Below, piece by piece: positions 18,645-25,982 of a stretch of DNA of 64,000 nucleotides (within the stretch, counting starts at the first letter, position 1; the number at the start of each line of letters is the position of its first letter). Both the position numbers and the translations under genes were made by a program. Under the pieces are notes generated by a model. The model saw only the letters and a program-made list of their open reading frames with translations. It was not told the origin of the DNA and searched no databases. This DNA comes from Acidovorax sp. (GTDB lineage: Bacteria > Pseudomonadota > Gammaproteobacteria > Burkholderiales > Burkholderiaceae_C). The stretch lies in the NCBI GenBank assembly GCA_041913505.1, contig JAYSFC010000002.1, positions 7,859 through 71,858 of the forward strand, in the 5' to 3' direction.

Positions 18645-20174
18645 ATGACCACACTGCACGAGCGCATTGCCGCGCAAGACCCCGAGCGCCTGGCGGGCAT
18701 CCGCCGCGGCATCGAGAAAGAGGGCCTTCGCGTGCTGCCCACGGGCGGCCTGGCCCTCACGCCGCACCCGCTGGCCCTTGGGTCCGCGCTGACGCACCCG
18801 CACATCACCACCGACTACAGCGAGTCGCAGATCGAGCTCATCACGGGGGCCCCCCTCGCGGTGGAGGACGCTCTGGGGGAACTCACCGAGATCCACCAGT
18901 TCGTGCTGCGCACGCTGGCCCAGGCGGGCGGCGAGATGCTCTGGGTGTCGAGCATGCCCTGCGGCCTGCCCACCGACGAGACCATTCCGCTCGCGCGCTA
19001 CGGCAGCTCGCACATCGGCCGCGCCAAGAGCATCTACCGCATGGGCCTGGGCCACCGCTATGGCCGGCGCATGCAGACCATTTCGGGCATCCACTACAAC
19101 TGGTCGCTGCCCGGCGTGACAAGCGAGCAGTACTTCGCGCTCATCCGCAATTTCCGCCGCCACGCCTTCGTGCTGCTGTACCTGTTTGGCGCCTCGCCCG
19201 CGCTGTGCCCGTGTTTCGTGGCCGGGCGCGAGCACAGCTTGCAGCCCATGGGCAGCGAAGGGCAGGCGCTGTACCTGCCGCATGCCACCTCGCTGCGCAT
19301 GGGGCGCCTGGGCTACCAGAGCGAGGCCCAGTCCTCGCTGTCGGTGAGCTACAACGGCCTGCAGGGCTACGCCAACTCGCTGCACGAGGCGCTCACGCGC
19401 CCGTACCCGGCCTACGAGGCCGTGGGCATCCGCAACCCGGGGGGCGACTACAACCAGCTGGCCACCAGCCTGCTGCAGATCGAGAACGAGTTCTACGGCA
19501 CCATCCGCCCCAAGCGCACCGTGCACCGCGGCGAGCGCCCGCTGCACGCGCTGCGCGAGCGTGGCGTGGAGTACGTGGAGGTGCGCCTCATGGACCTGGA
19601 TCCGTTCGTGCCCGTGGGCATCACGGCGTCCACCATGCGGCTGCTCGACGTTTTCCTGCTGCACTGCCTGCTCTCCGACAGCCCGCCCGATACGCCTGCC
19701 GAGATCGCCGAGCTCAAGCACAACCAGCACCAGACGGCCGAGCGCGGCCGCGAGCCCGGCCTGACCCTGCTGCGCCGTGGCGAGCGCGTGCCGCTGGTGG
19801 ACTGGGCCGCGCAGGTGCTGCAGGAGTGCGGCCCTATTGCGGCCGCGCTGGACGCGACGCACCGCACGCAGGCCTTTGGCGCCGCGCTGCGCGATGCGCA
19901 GGCCACGCTGCAGGATGCCTCGCTTGCCCCCTCGGCGCGCGTGCTCGCCGCGATGGCGCAGCAGCATGGCTGCAGTTTCGAGTCGTTCTCGCTCGCGCAA
20001 TCGGCCCTGGCGCGCGACCACCTGCTGGGCCTGCCCTGGAGCGCGCAGCAGCAACAGCGCTACGTGGCACTGGCCGAGGAGTCGGTGGCCGCGCAAAAGG
20101 CCATCGAGGCGGCCGACACCCTGCCGTTCGAGACCTGGCGCCAGCAGTACATGGCACCGCAGGAATTGGGCTGA
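18645..20174 (+). CDS. gshA: Glutamate--cysteine ligase (E. coli GshA type)
   Basis: In-frame part of ORF 17997..20174(+). MTTLHERIAAQDPERLAGIRRGIEKEGLRV (ATG at 18645; alternative ATG at 18600) is collinear with the E. coli GshA N-terminus. It also contains TDYSESQIELIT, ISGIHYNWS and YVEVRLMDLDPF. Confidence 0.9.
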   Translation: MTTLHERIAAQDPERLAGIRRGIEKEGLRVLPTGGLALTPHPLALGSALTHPHITTDYSESQIELITGAPLAVEDALGELTEIHQFVLRTLAQAGGEMLWVSSMPCGLPTDETIPLARYGSSHIGRAKSIYRMGLGHRYGRRMQTISGIHYNWSLPGVTSEQYFALIRNFRRHAFVLLYLFGASPALCPCFVAGREHSLQPMGSEGQALYLPHATSLRMGRLGYQSEAQSSLSVSYNGLQGYANSLHEALTRPYPAYEAVGIRNPGGDYNQLATSLLQIENEFYGTIRPKRTVHRGERPLHALRERGVEYVEVRLMDLDPFVPVGITASTMRLLDVFLLHCLLSDSPPDTPAEIAELKHNQHQTAERGREPGLTLLRRGERVPLVDWAAQVLQECGPIAAALDATHRTQAFGAALRDAQATLQDASLAPSARVLAAMAQQHGCSFESFSLAQSALARDHLLGLPWSAQQQQRYVALAEESVAAQKAIEAADTLPFETWRQQYMAPQELG

Positions 20175-20270
20175 TCGCTCCTTTTCGCCTGCACGGCGGG
20201 CGCGCGAGCGGCTAAAGTCCAAGCTGCCGACCTCGCCCGGGCGCGTACCGCGCACCGGGCGCACCATCCC

Positions 20271-22445
20271 ATGCAAGCCACCACCGCCTCCCATCTGCGC
20301 GCCGCCTTGCGGGTGGCGCTGAGCCACTACGTCACCAACGGCCTGGCGGTGGCGCTCGGGCTGTTGCTGGTCTCGGCCGGCGTGCACCTGTGGCTGGGCG
20401 GTGCGGCCGCCTCGGCGGCGGCCGTGGGCGTCATTGTCTCGATCCCGCCCGACATGCCCGCGCCCCAACGCGGCAAGTTCTGGCACATGCTGCCCGCGCC
20501 GCTGCTGGGCCTGCCGCTGTTTTTTGCGGTGCAGCGCCTGCACGACCTGCCTTGGGCGCTGGGCCTGCTGCTGGTGCCCGCCACGTTCCTCGCGTTCCTG
20601 GCCATGGCCTGGGGCAAGCGCGGGGCGCCCATCGCCATCTCGGCCATGTTCGCGCTGGTGTTCTCGATGGCCGTGCCCATCCCGCAAGGCGGTGAGAGCT
20701 GGCGTGCCGCGCTCACCACCACGTTCTATTTCGGGCTGGGCGCGCTGTTGTACCTGCCCTATGCTGTGCTGGCCAACCTGGCGCTGAATGCGCGCTACCG
20801 CGTGCAGCTCATCGCCGACGTGCTGCTCTCGCTCGCGGCGCTCATGCGGCTGCAGGCGCGCCAGTTCACGCCCGCGCCGGTGCAGGGTGGCGGCGCCAAT
20901 CCCCTCACGGCGCCGCTGCTGCGCCGCCAGGCGGCGCTGGCCGATCAGCTGCAGGGCGCGCGCGACATCGTGCTCGAATCGCCGCGCACCCCGCGCCGCC
21001 TGCAGCTGGCGGGCATGCTGCTGCTTTCGCTTGAGATGCGCGACCACCTGCTCGCCTGCGAGCTCGACCTCGACGCGCTGCGCACCCAGCCCGGCCAGGC
21101 CGAGGCGCTCGCGCGCCAGCAGGCCGTGCTGCAGGATCTGGCCGACGAGGTCGAGCAATTGGCGGACGCGCTGCTGCTCGGGCGCCCGCCCGCCACGTTC
21201 GAGAGCCTGCTGCCGCGCCTCGATGTACCCGTGGAAGAGGCTGCCCTGGGCTTCACGCCTGCACGGCTCGCGCGCGGGCTGTCGCACCGCATCGGCCACA
21301 TCCACAACGAAGTGCGCAACCTCGCGGCCCTGGCGCGCGGCGAGGCCGCACCCGATCTGGCCGTGGTGCGGGCGAGCTGGCAGATGTTCGTGAGCCCCGC
21401 GGGCTGGAGCTGGAAGCCCTTCTGGGGCCTGTGGCGCTGGCAGGCCTCGCCGCTGCGCCATGCGATCCGCGCCACCCTGGCCATCGCCGTGGGCTACGCC
21501 GTATCGCGGCTGCTGCCCTGGGGCACGCATGCCTACTGGATCCTGCTGACCATCGTCGTGGTGCTGCGCGGTAGCGTGGCGCAGACGCTGGAGCGGCGCA
21601 ATGCGCGCGTGGCGGGCACGCTGCTGGGCTGCGTGCTCGCGTCGGCCGTGCTTGCGGCCCAGTGGCCGCCGCTCGCGCTGATCGTGTGCGTGACGCTGGC
21701 CCAGGCCGTGGCCCATGGCTTCGCCATCCGGCGCTACCTCGTCACGGCCGTGGCGGCCACGGTGCTGGGGCTGGTGCAGTCGCACATGCTCAACGCGGGC
21801 GGCAGCACGGCCTTTGCGCTGTTCGAGCGCCTGGCCGACACGCTGATCGGCGCGGGCATCGCCTGGGCGTTCGCCTACGTGCTGCCCTCGTGGGAGCGCC
21901 ACCAGGTGCCGGCCCTCGTGGCGCGCACGCTCGCGGCCCAGGCGCGCCATGCGCGCGAGGCACTGGGCCTGGCGCAACTGCAGGCGGTGGACAACGCGCC
22001 CGAGCTGGCCTGGCGCCTGGCGCGGCGCGAGGCCTACGACAGCCTTTCGGCCCTGGTGCAGGCCACCGAGCGTGCCTGGAAGGAACCGCGCGCCGTGCGC
22101 CCGCCGCTCGAGCCGCTGGAGCGCATGCAGGCGCACTGCTACCAGCTGCTGGCCCAGCTCACGGCCGTGAAGACCTTGCTGCTGCTGCGCCGCGGGCATC
22201 TGCAGGCCGGCCAGCTGCAGCAGCCCCTGCAGGCGGCGGCGCAGCGCATTGAATCCACCCTGACCGGTGCCGGGCCCGCGGGCGGCGCCCAGGCGGGCAG
22301 CGCGGATGCCGCGCCAGGCCCCGAGCCGCTGCCGCCGCTGGGGGAGAGCGACCTTACCCCCTGGCTGCTGCGCCGGCTGCAGCTGGCCGAAGGGCTGGCC
22401 CAGCAGCTGCGTGCCGAGGCGGCGCGTGTGATTGCTACTGAATAG
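20271..22445 (+). CDS. FUSC/YccS-family integral membrane protein
   Basis: 724-aa ORF with two hydrophobic multi-TM blocks (about residues 15-170 and 400-540) separated and followed by long helical soluble segments. This is the YccS/YhfK-like layout. Confidence 0.7.
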   Translation: MQATTASHLRAALRVALSHYVTNGLAVALGLLLVSAGVHLWLGGAAASAAAVGVIVSIPPDMPAPQRGKFWHMLPAPLLGLPLFFAVQRLHDLPWALGLLLVPATFLAFLAMAWGKRGAPIAISAMFALVFSMAVPIPQGGESWRAALTTTFYFGLGALLYLPYAVLANLALNARYRVQLIADVLLSLAALMRLQARQFTPAPVQGGGANPLTAPLLRRQAALADQLQGARDIVLESPRTPRRLQLAGMLLLSLEMRDHLLACELDLDALRTQPGQAEALARQQAVLQDLADEVEQLADALLLGRPPATFESLLPRLDVPVEEAALGFTPARLARGLSHRIGHIHNEVRNLAALARGEAAPDLAVVRASWQMFVSPAGWSWKPFWGLWRWQASPLRHAIRATLAIAVGYAVSRLLPWGTHAYWILLTIVVVLRGSVAQTLERRNARVAGTLLGCVLASAVLAAQWPPLALIVCVTLAQAVAHGFAIRRYLVTAVAATVLGLVQSHMLNAGGSTAFALFERLADTLIGAGIAWAFAYVLPSWERHQVPALVARTLAAQARHAREALGLAQLQAVDNAPELAWRLARREAYDSLSALVQATERAWKEPRAVRPPLEPLERMQAHCYQLLAQLTAVKTLLLLRRGHLQAGQLQQPLQAAAQRIESTLTGAGPAGGAQAGSADAAPGPEPLPPLGESDLTPWLLRRLQLAEGLAQQLRAEAARVIATE

Positions 22446-22495
22446 ATAGCATTCAGCCACCGCTGCATGCCGACATGAGGGCAAAAAGCCCTAAA
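22434..22495 (+). repeat. REP-like intergenic element, copy 2
   Basis: GCTACTGAATAGATAGC (it overlaps the FUSC stop codon), then CAGCCACCGCTGCATGCC, then the hairpin AGGGC-AAAAA-GCCCT (22478-22492). It fills the whole gap between two convergent genes. Confidence 0.45.
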
Positions 22496-22708
22496 TCAGT
22501 CGCTGAGCAGCAGCAGCGCCTCCTGGCGCCAGTATTCGGTGGCGGCAAAGAACCCCTCCCACACGCAGCCGTTACAGCCGCGGCCGCAACAGCTCGTGGG
22601 CACGGGCGGGGGCGGGCGCAGGGCGAGCCCGGCGGCCTTGGCGCGGTCCTGCAGCGTGGCGAACAGGACCTGGGCGCTGCCGAGATCGGAGGCGGGGCGG
22701 TCGGTCAC
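22496..22708 (-). CDS. Small (70 aa) oxidoreductase-like-domain protein with a CCxxGCxxCVW motif
   Basis: C-terminal part of ORF 22496..22933(-), from the GTG at 22708: VTDRPASDLGSAQVLFATLQDRAKAAGLALRPPPPVPTSCCGRGCNGCVWEGFFAATEYWRQEALLLLSD. Upstream in the same frame the sequence is Arg-rich junk that overlaps the neighbouring gene. Confidence 0.55.
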   Translation of the reverse strand: MTDRPASDLGSAQVLFATLQDRAKAAGLALRPPPPVPTSCCGRGCNGCVWEGFFAATEYWRQEALLLLSD

Positions 22709-22917
22709 CGGCGGCGCTGCCACAGGGCGCGTGCGATGAACGCACCGCCGAGCACGAGCGCGAACCAGCCCACGAGCGAGGCCTGGCGCATGAGATCCTG
22801 CACGCTGGGCGAGCGCGCGAGGATGGGAGCGAGCAGAATCACGGCGCCGATCAGCGCGCACACCACCCCCTTGAACAGCATTTCGGAGTTTTGTTTCTGG
22901 CGCGGGCTGGAGGGCAT
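22705..22917 (-). CDS. Small (70 aa) two-TM membrane protein of unknown function
   Basis: C-terminal part of the artefactual ORF 22705..24354(-), from the ATG at 22917: MPSSPRQKQNSEMLFKGVVCALIGAVILLAPILARSPSVQDLMRQASLVGWFALVLGGAFIARALWQRRR. Its stop overlaps the GTG of the next gene (GTGA). Confidence 0.5.
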   Translation of the reverse strand: MPSSPRQKQNSEMLFKGVVCALIGAVILLAPILARSPSVQDLMRQASLVGWFALVLGGAFIARALWQRRR

Positions 22918-22983
22918 GTCGGATAGGGGGCAAAGAGACGCGATTATCCTTGCGCCCTCAAACAACAGCGAAACACCTTCCCC

Positions 22984-23946
22984 ATGGCCATCCAGTGGTT
23001 TCCCGGTCACATGCACCTCACGCGCAAGGCAGTTGCCGAGCGCATCAAAAACATCGACGTGGTGATCGAGGTGCTGGACGCGCGCCTGCCGGGCTCCAGC
23101 GCCAACCCGCTGCTGTCCGAACTTACGGGCCACCGCCCCACGGTGAAGGTGCTCAACAAGCAGGATCTGGCCGATCCGGCGCGCACCGATGCGTGGCTCG
23201 CCTGGTACAACGCCCAGCCCGGCACGCGTGCGGTGCCGCTCGACGCGTCGGAGCGTGCGCCGGCCCGGCGGCTCATCGAGGCCTGCCACTTCCTCGCGCC
23301 GGAGCGCGGCGGCATGGTGCGCCCCATGCGCGTGCTGATCTGCGGCATCCCCAACGTGGGCAAATCCACGCTCATCAACACGCTCGCGGGCCGTGTGCAG
23401 GCCAAGACGGGCGATGAGGCGGGCATCACCAAGCTCGAGCAGCGCATCGTGATCGCCGACGACTTCTACCTCTGGGATACGCCCGGCATGCTCTGGCCGC
23501 GCATCATCGTGCCCGAGAGCGGCTACAACCTCGCGGCCAGCGGCGCCGTGGGCCGCAACGCCTATGACGAGGAACTGGTCGCCCTCGAGCTGCTGCGCAC
23601 CCTGCAGCGCCACTACGTGCCCGAGATCGAGGCCCGCTACAAGCTGGGCCTGCCCGCCGACGTGGTGGCGGGCATGCACGACGACGAGCTGCTCGACGCC
23701 ATCGGCCGCAAGCGCGGCGCCATGATGGGCGGCGGGCGCGTGAATGTGCAGAAGGCGGCCGAGCTCGTCCTCACCGACTTCCGCACGGGCGCCATGGGCC
23801 GCGTGAGCCTGGAGTCGCCCCAGGAGTTCGAGGCCTGGCTTGCCGCTGGCCGCGCGCAGGAAGCCGAGCGCCTGGCCCGCAAGGCCGAGCTGGCCAAAGA
23901 GCGGGGCAAGGGCGGCGGGCGCAGGGCGCCGCCGCGGCGCGGCTGA
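22984..23946 (+). CDS. ylqF: Ribosome biogenesis GTPase YlqF/RbgA (circularly permuted GTPase)
   Basis: 320-aa ORF starting WFPGHM, with the motif order G4 NKQDL, then G1 GIPNVGKST, then G3 DTPG. Confidence 0.9.
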   Translation: MAIQWFPGHMHLTRKAVAERIKNIDVVIEVLDARLPGSSANPLLSELTGHRPTVKVLNKQDLADPARTDAWLAWYNAQPGTRAVPLDASERAPARRLIEACHFLAPERGGMVRPMRVLICGIPNVGKSTLINTLAGRVQAKTGDEAGITKLEQRIVIADDFYLWDTPGMLWPRIIVPESGYNLAASGAVGRNAYDEELVALELLRTLQRHYVPEIEARYKLGLPADVVAGMHDDELLDAIGRKRGAMMGGGRVNVQKAAELVLTDFRTGAMGRVSLESPQEFEAWLAAGRAQEAERLARKAELAKERGKGGGRRAPPRRG

Positions 23947-24043
23947 CGGGCGGCGGCCTGCGAGGACCAGGCGGCAAAAAAAGCGTTTGTGGCTGGAAGG
24001 TAGCGCGTTACGATCCGAAACCACCCCCACCCGCCCTTGCACC

Positions 24044-25966
24044 ATGACCGATGCCGCTCCAACGGCACTGCCGATGCATGAAGACGCGACCGCGCAACGC
24101 CTTGTGCGGGTCGGCGGCTGGACGGTCTGGGCCGTGGGCTGCACGATCGCGGTGCTGTTGCTGCTCGACCGACCCGTGCCCTGGACCCATGTGGCGCTCA
24201 ACTTCGGCGCGGGCTTCATGGGGGGCGCCTCGCTGCTGCTCGGATACTGGCGGCGCTCGCACCTTGCGGCGCTGGTGCTGGTGTGGGGCGTGTGGTGCAT
24301 CGTGGCGCTGGTGGCCACGACCAACGGCGGCATACGCGGGCCCAACCTGCTCAACTACCCGGTGCTCATCGTCGTTTCGGGCTGGGTGCTTGGTGTGCGT
24401 TCCACGCTGTGGCTCGTAGGGGCCACGGGGGCGTTGTTCCTGTTCTTCATCTGGGGCGACCTGCAAGGCTGGATGCCCCCAGCGCGGTATGGCAACCGGC
24501 TGGCCTACGTGGCCTACTTCGCGGGCATCCTGGGGCTCACGGCCGCGGCCACGCTGCTGTCGCGGCGCAGCTACCAGGGGCGTGTGGCCGAGGCGCGCCG
24601 CGCGGCCAGTGAAATCTACCGCCTCGCGTACTTCGACGCGCTCACGGGCCTGCCCAACCGGCTCGCGCTCATGCAGCGGCTCGAAAACCTGCAGGGGCGG
24701 CTTGGCCGCCCCGTGGTGCAGGTGCATGCGCTGCTGCTGCTTGATCTGGACCGCTTTACCACGTTCAACGACGCGCGCGGCAACGAGATGGGCGACCGCC
24801 TGCTGCGCGCCGTGGCCCTGAGGCTTGAGGCCCAGTTGCCGGGCGAAGGCCTGCTCGTGCGCGTGGCGGGGGACGAGTTCGGCATCGTGCTGCAAGGGCT
24901 GGGCAGCGACGTGGTGCACGCGGGGCAGCAGATGCTGGCGTTCGCCGAGGGGGTGCTGCATGGCCTGCGGCAGCCTCTGCCGCTCGATGGCGATACCGAA
25001 GGGGTGCGCATGGGCGCGAGCGTGGGCATGACGCTCTACCCGCAAAGCGGCACCGATGGCGCGCACGACGCGCTGCGCCGCGCAGGCACGGCGCTGCACC
25101 AGGCCAAGGAGCTGGGCGGCGGGCGCGTGGCCTTTTTCGAGCAGGGCATGGCCGAAGCGGCGGAGCAGCGCTTTCGCACGGAGCGCGAGCTGCGCCACGC
25201 GGTCCAGGCGGGCGAGCTGCGCATGTACCTGCAGCCGCAGGTGGACCGCGAGGGCCGCCCCAAGGGCGCCGAGGCGCTGCTGCGCTGGCAGCATCCCGTG
25301 CGTGGACTCGTGATGCCGGTGGCATTCATTCCGGTCGCGGAGGAGTCCGACCTCATCGTGGCGCTGGGCGACTGGGTGCTCGAGCAGGCCTGCGTGCTGC
25401 TGGCGTCGCCCGCGCTGCGCGCGCGCGGGCTGGGCCTGTCGGTGAACGTGAGCACGCGCCAGTTCCGCGACGCGGGCTTTGTGCCCAAGCTGCAGGCGCT
25501 GCTCGCGCACACGGGGGCCGATCCCGCGCGGCTCACGCTCGAGGTGACCGAGGGGCTGGTGATGGATGATTTCGACGATGCCGTGGCCAAGATGCATGCG
25601 CTCGTGGCGCTGGGCGTGAAGTTCGCGCTCGACGACTTCGGCACGGGCTACTCGTCGCTCGCCTACCTCAAGCGCCTGCCGATCCACGAGCTCAAGATCG
25701 ACAAGTCTTTCGTGCAAGACGTGCTGCACGACGACAACGATGCGGCGCTCGTCGAGGCCATCCTGCGCGTGGCTGACCGCTTCGGCCTGCGCGTGGTGGC
25801 CGAGGGGGTGGAGACCGAAGCCCAGGCGGACTTCCTCGCGGCGCGCGCGCCGCACCTGCTCTACCAGGGCTATCTGTTCGGCAGGCCTTGCCCGCAGGAC
25901 CAGTGGCTGGCTGCGGTGGGCGCGGCGCCTGCGCAGGAAGAGCCCGCGCCGAGCAATCTGCCCTGA
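24044..25966 (+). CDS. Membrane-anchored GGDEF-EAL signalling protein (variant AGDEF site, intact-looking EAL)
   Basis: In-frame part of ORF 23840..25966(+), starting at MTDAAPTALP (ATG at 24044). About 5-6 N-terminal TM helices are followed by FDALTGLPNR...RVAGDEFGIV, then EALLRW, DDFGTGYSSLAYL, KIDKSFV and EGVETE. Confidence 0.85.
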   Translation: MTDAAPTALPMHEDATAQRLVRVGGWTVWAVGCTIAVLLLLDRPVPWTHVALNFGAGFMGGASLLLGYWRRSHLAALVLVWGVWCIVALVATTNGGIRGPNLLNYPVLIVVSGWVLGVRSTLWLVGATGALFLFFIWGDLQGWMPPARYGNRLAYVAYFAGILGLTAAATLLSRRSYQGRVAEARRAASEIYRLAYFDALTGLPNRLALMQRLENLQGRLGRPVVQVHALLLLDLDRFTTFNDARGNEMGDRLLRAVALRLEAQLPGEGLLVRVAGDEFGIVLQGLGSDVVHAGQQMLAFAEGVLHGLRQPLPLDGDTEGVRMGASVGMTLYPQSGTDGAHDALRRAGTALHQAKELGGGRVAFFEQGMAEAAEQRFRTERELRHAVQAGELRMYLQPQVDREGRPKGAEALLRWQHPVRGLVMPVAFIPVAEESDLIVALGDWVLEQACVLLASPALRARGLGLSVNVSTRQFRDAGFVPKLQALLAHTGADPARLTLEVTEGLVMDDFDDAVAKMHALVALGVKFALDDFGTGYSSLAYLKRLPIHELKIDKSFVQDVLHDDNDAALVEAILRVADRFGLRVVAEGVETEAQADFLAARAPHLLYQGYLFGRPCPQDQWLAAVGAAPAQEEPAPSNLP

Positions 25967-25982
25967 GTGGCGGGGCGGGCCG

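Noticed and set aside
18603-22484. Very long ORFs in the track that lie antisense to or out of frame with recognised genes. Examples are 18603..22484(-) at 1293 aa, 24008..26626(-), 41322..43490(-), 55977..57986(-), 60443..62119(-) and 35150..36709(-).
   Set aside because: Their translations are Arg/Ala/Gly/His-rich with almost no aromatic or Lys/Asn/Ile residues, and they mirror well-supported genes (gshA/FUSC, GGDEF-EAL, acs, ilvD, malonyl-CoA decarboxylase, SulP). This is the usual stop-codon-poor antisense artefact of a GC-rich genome.
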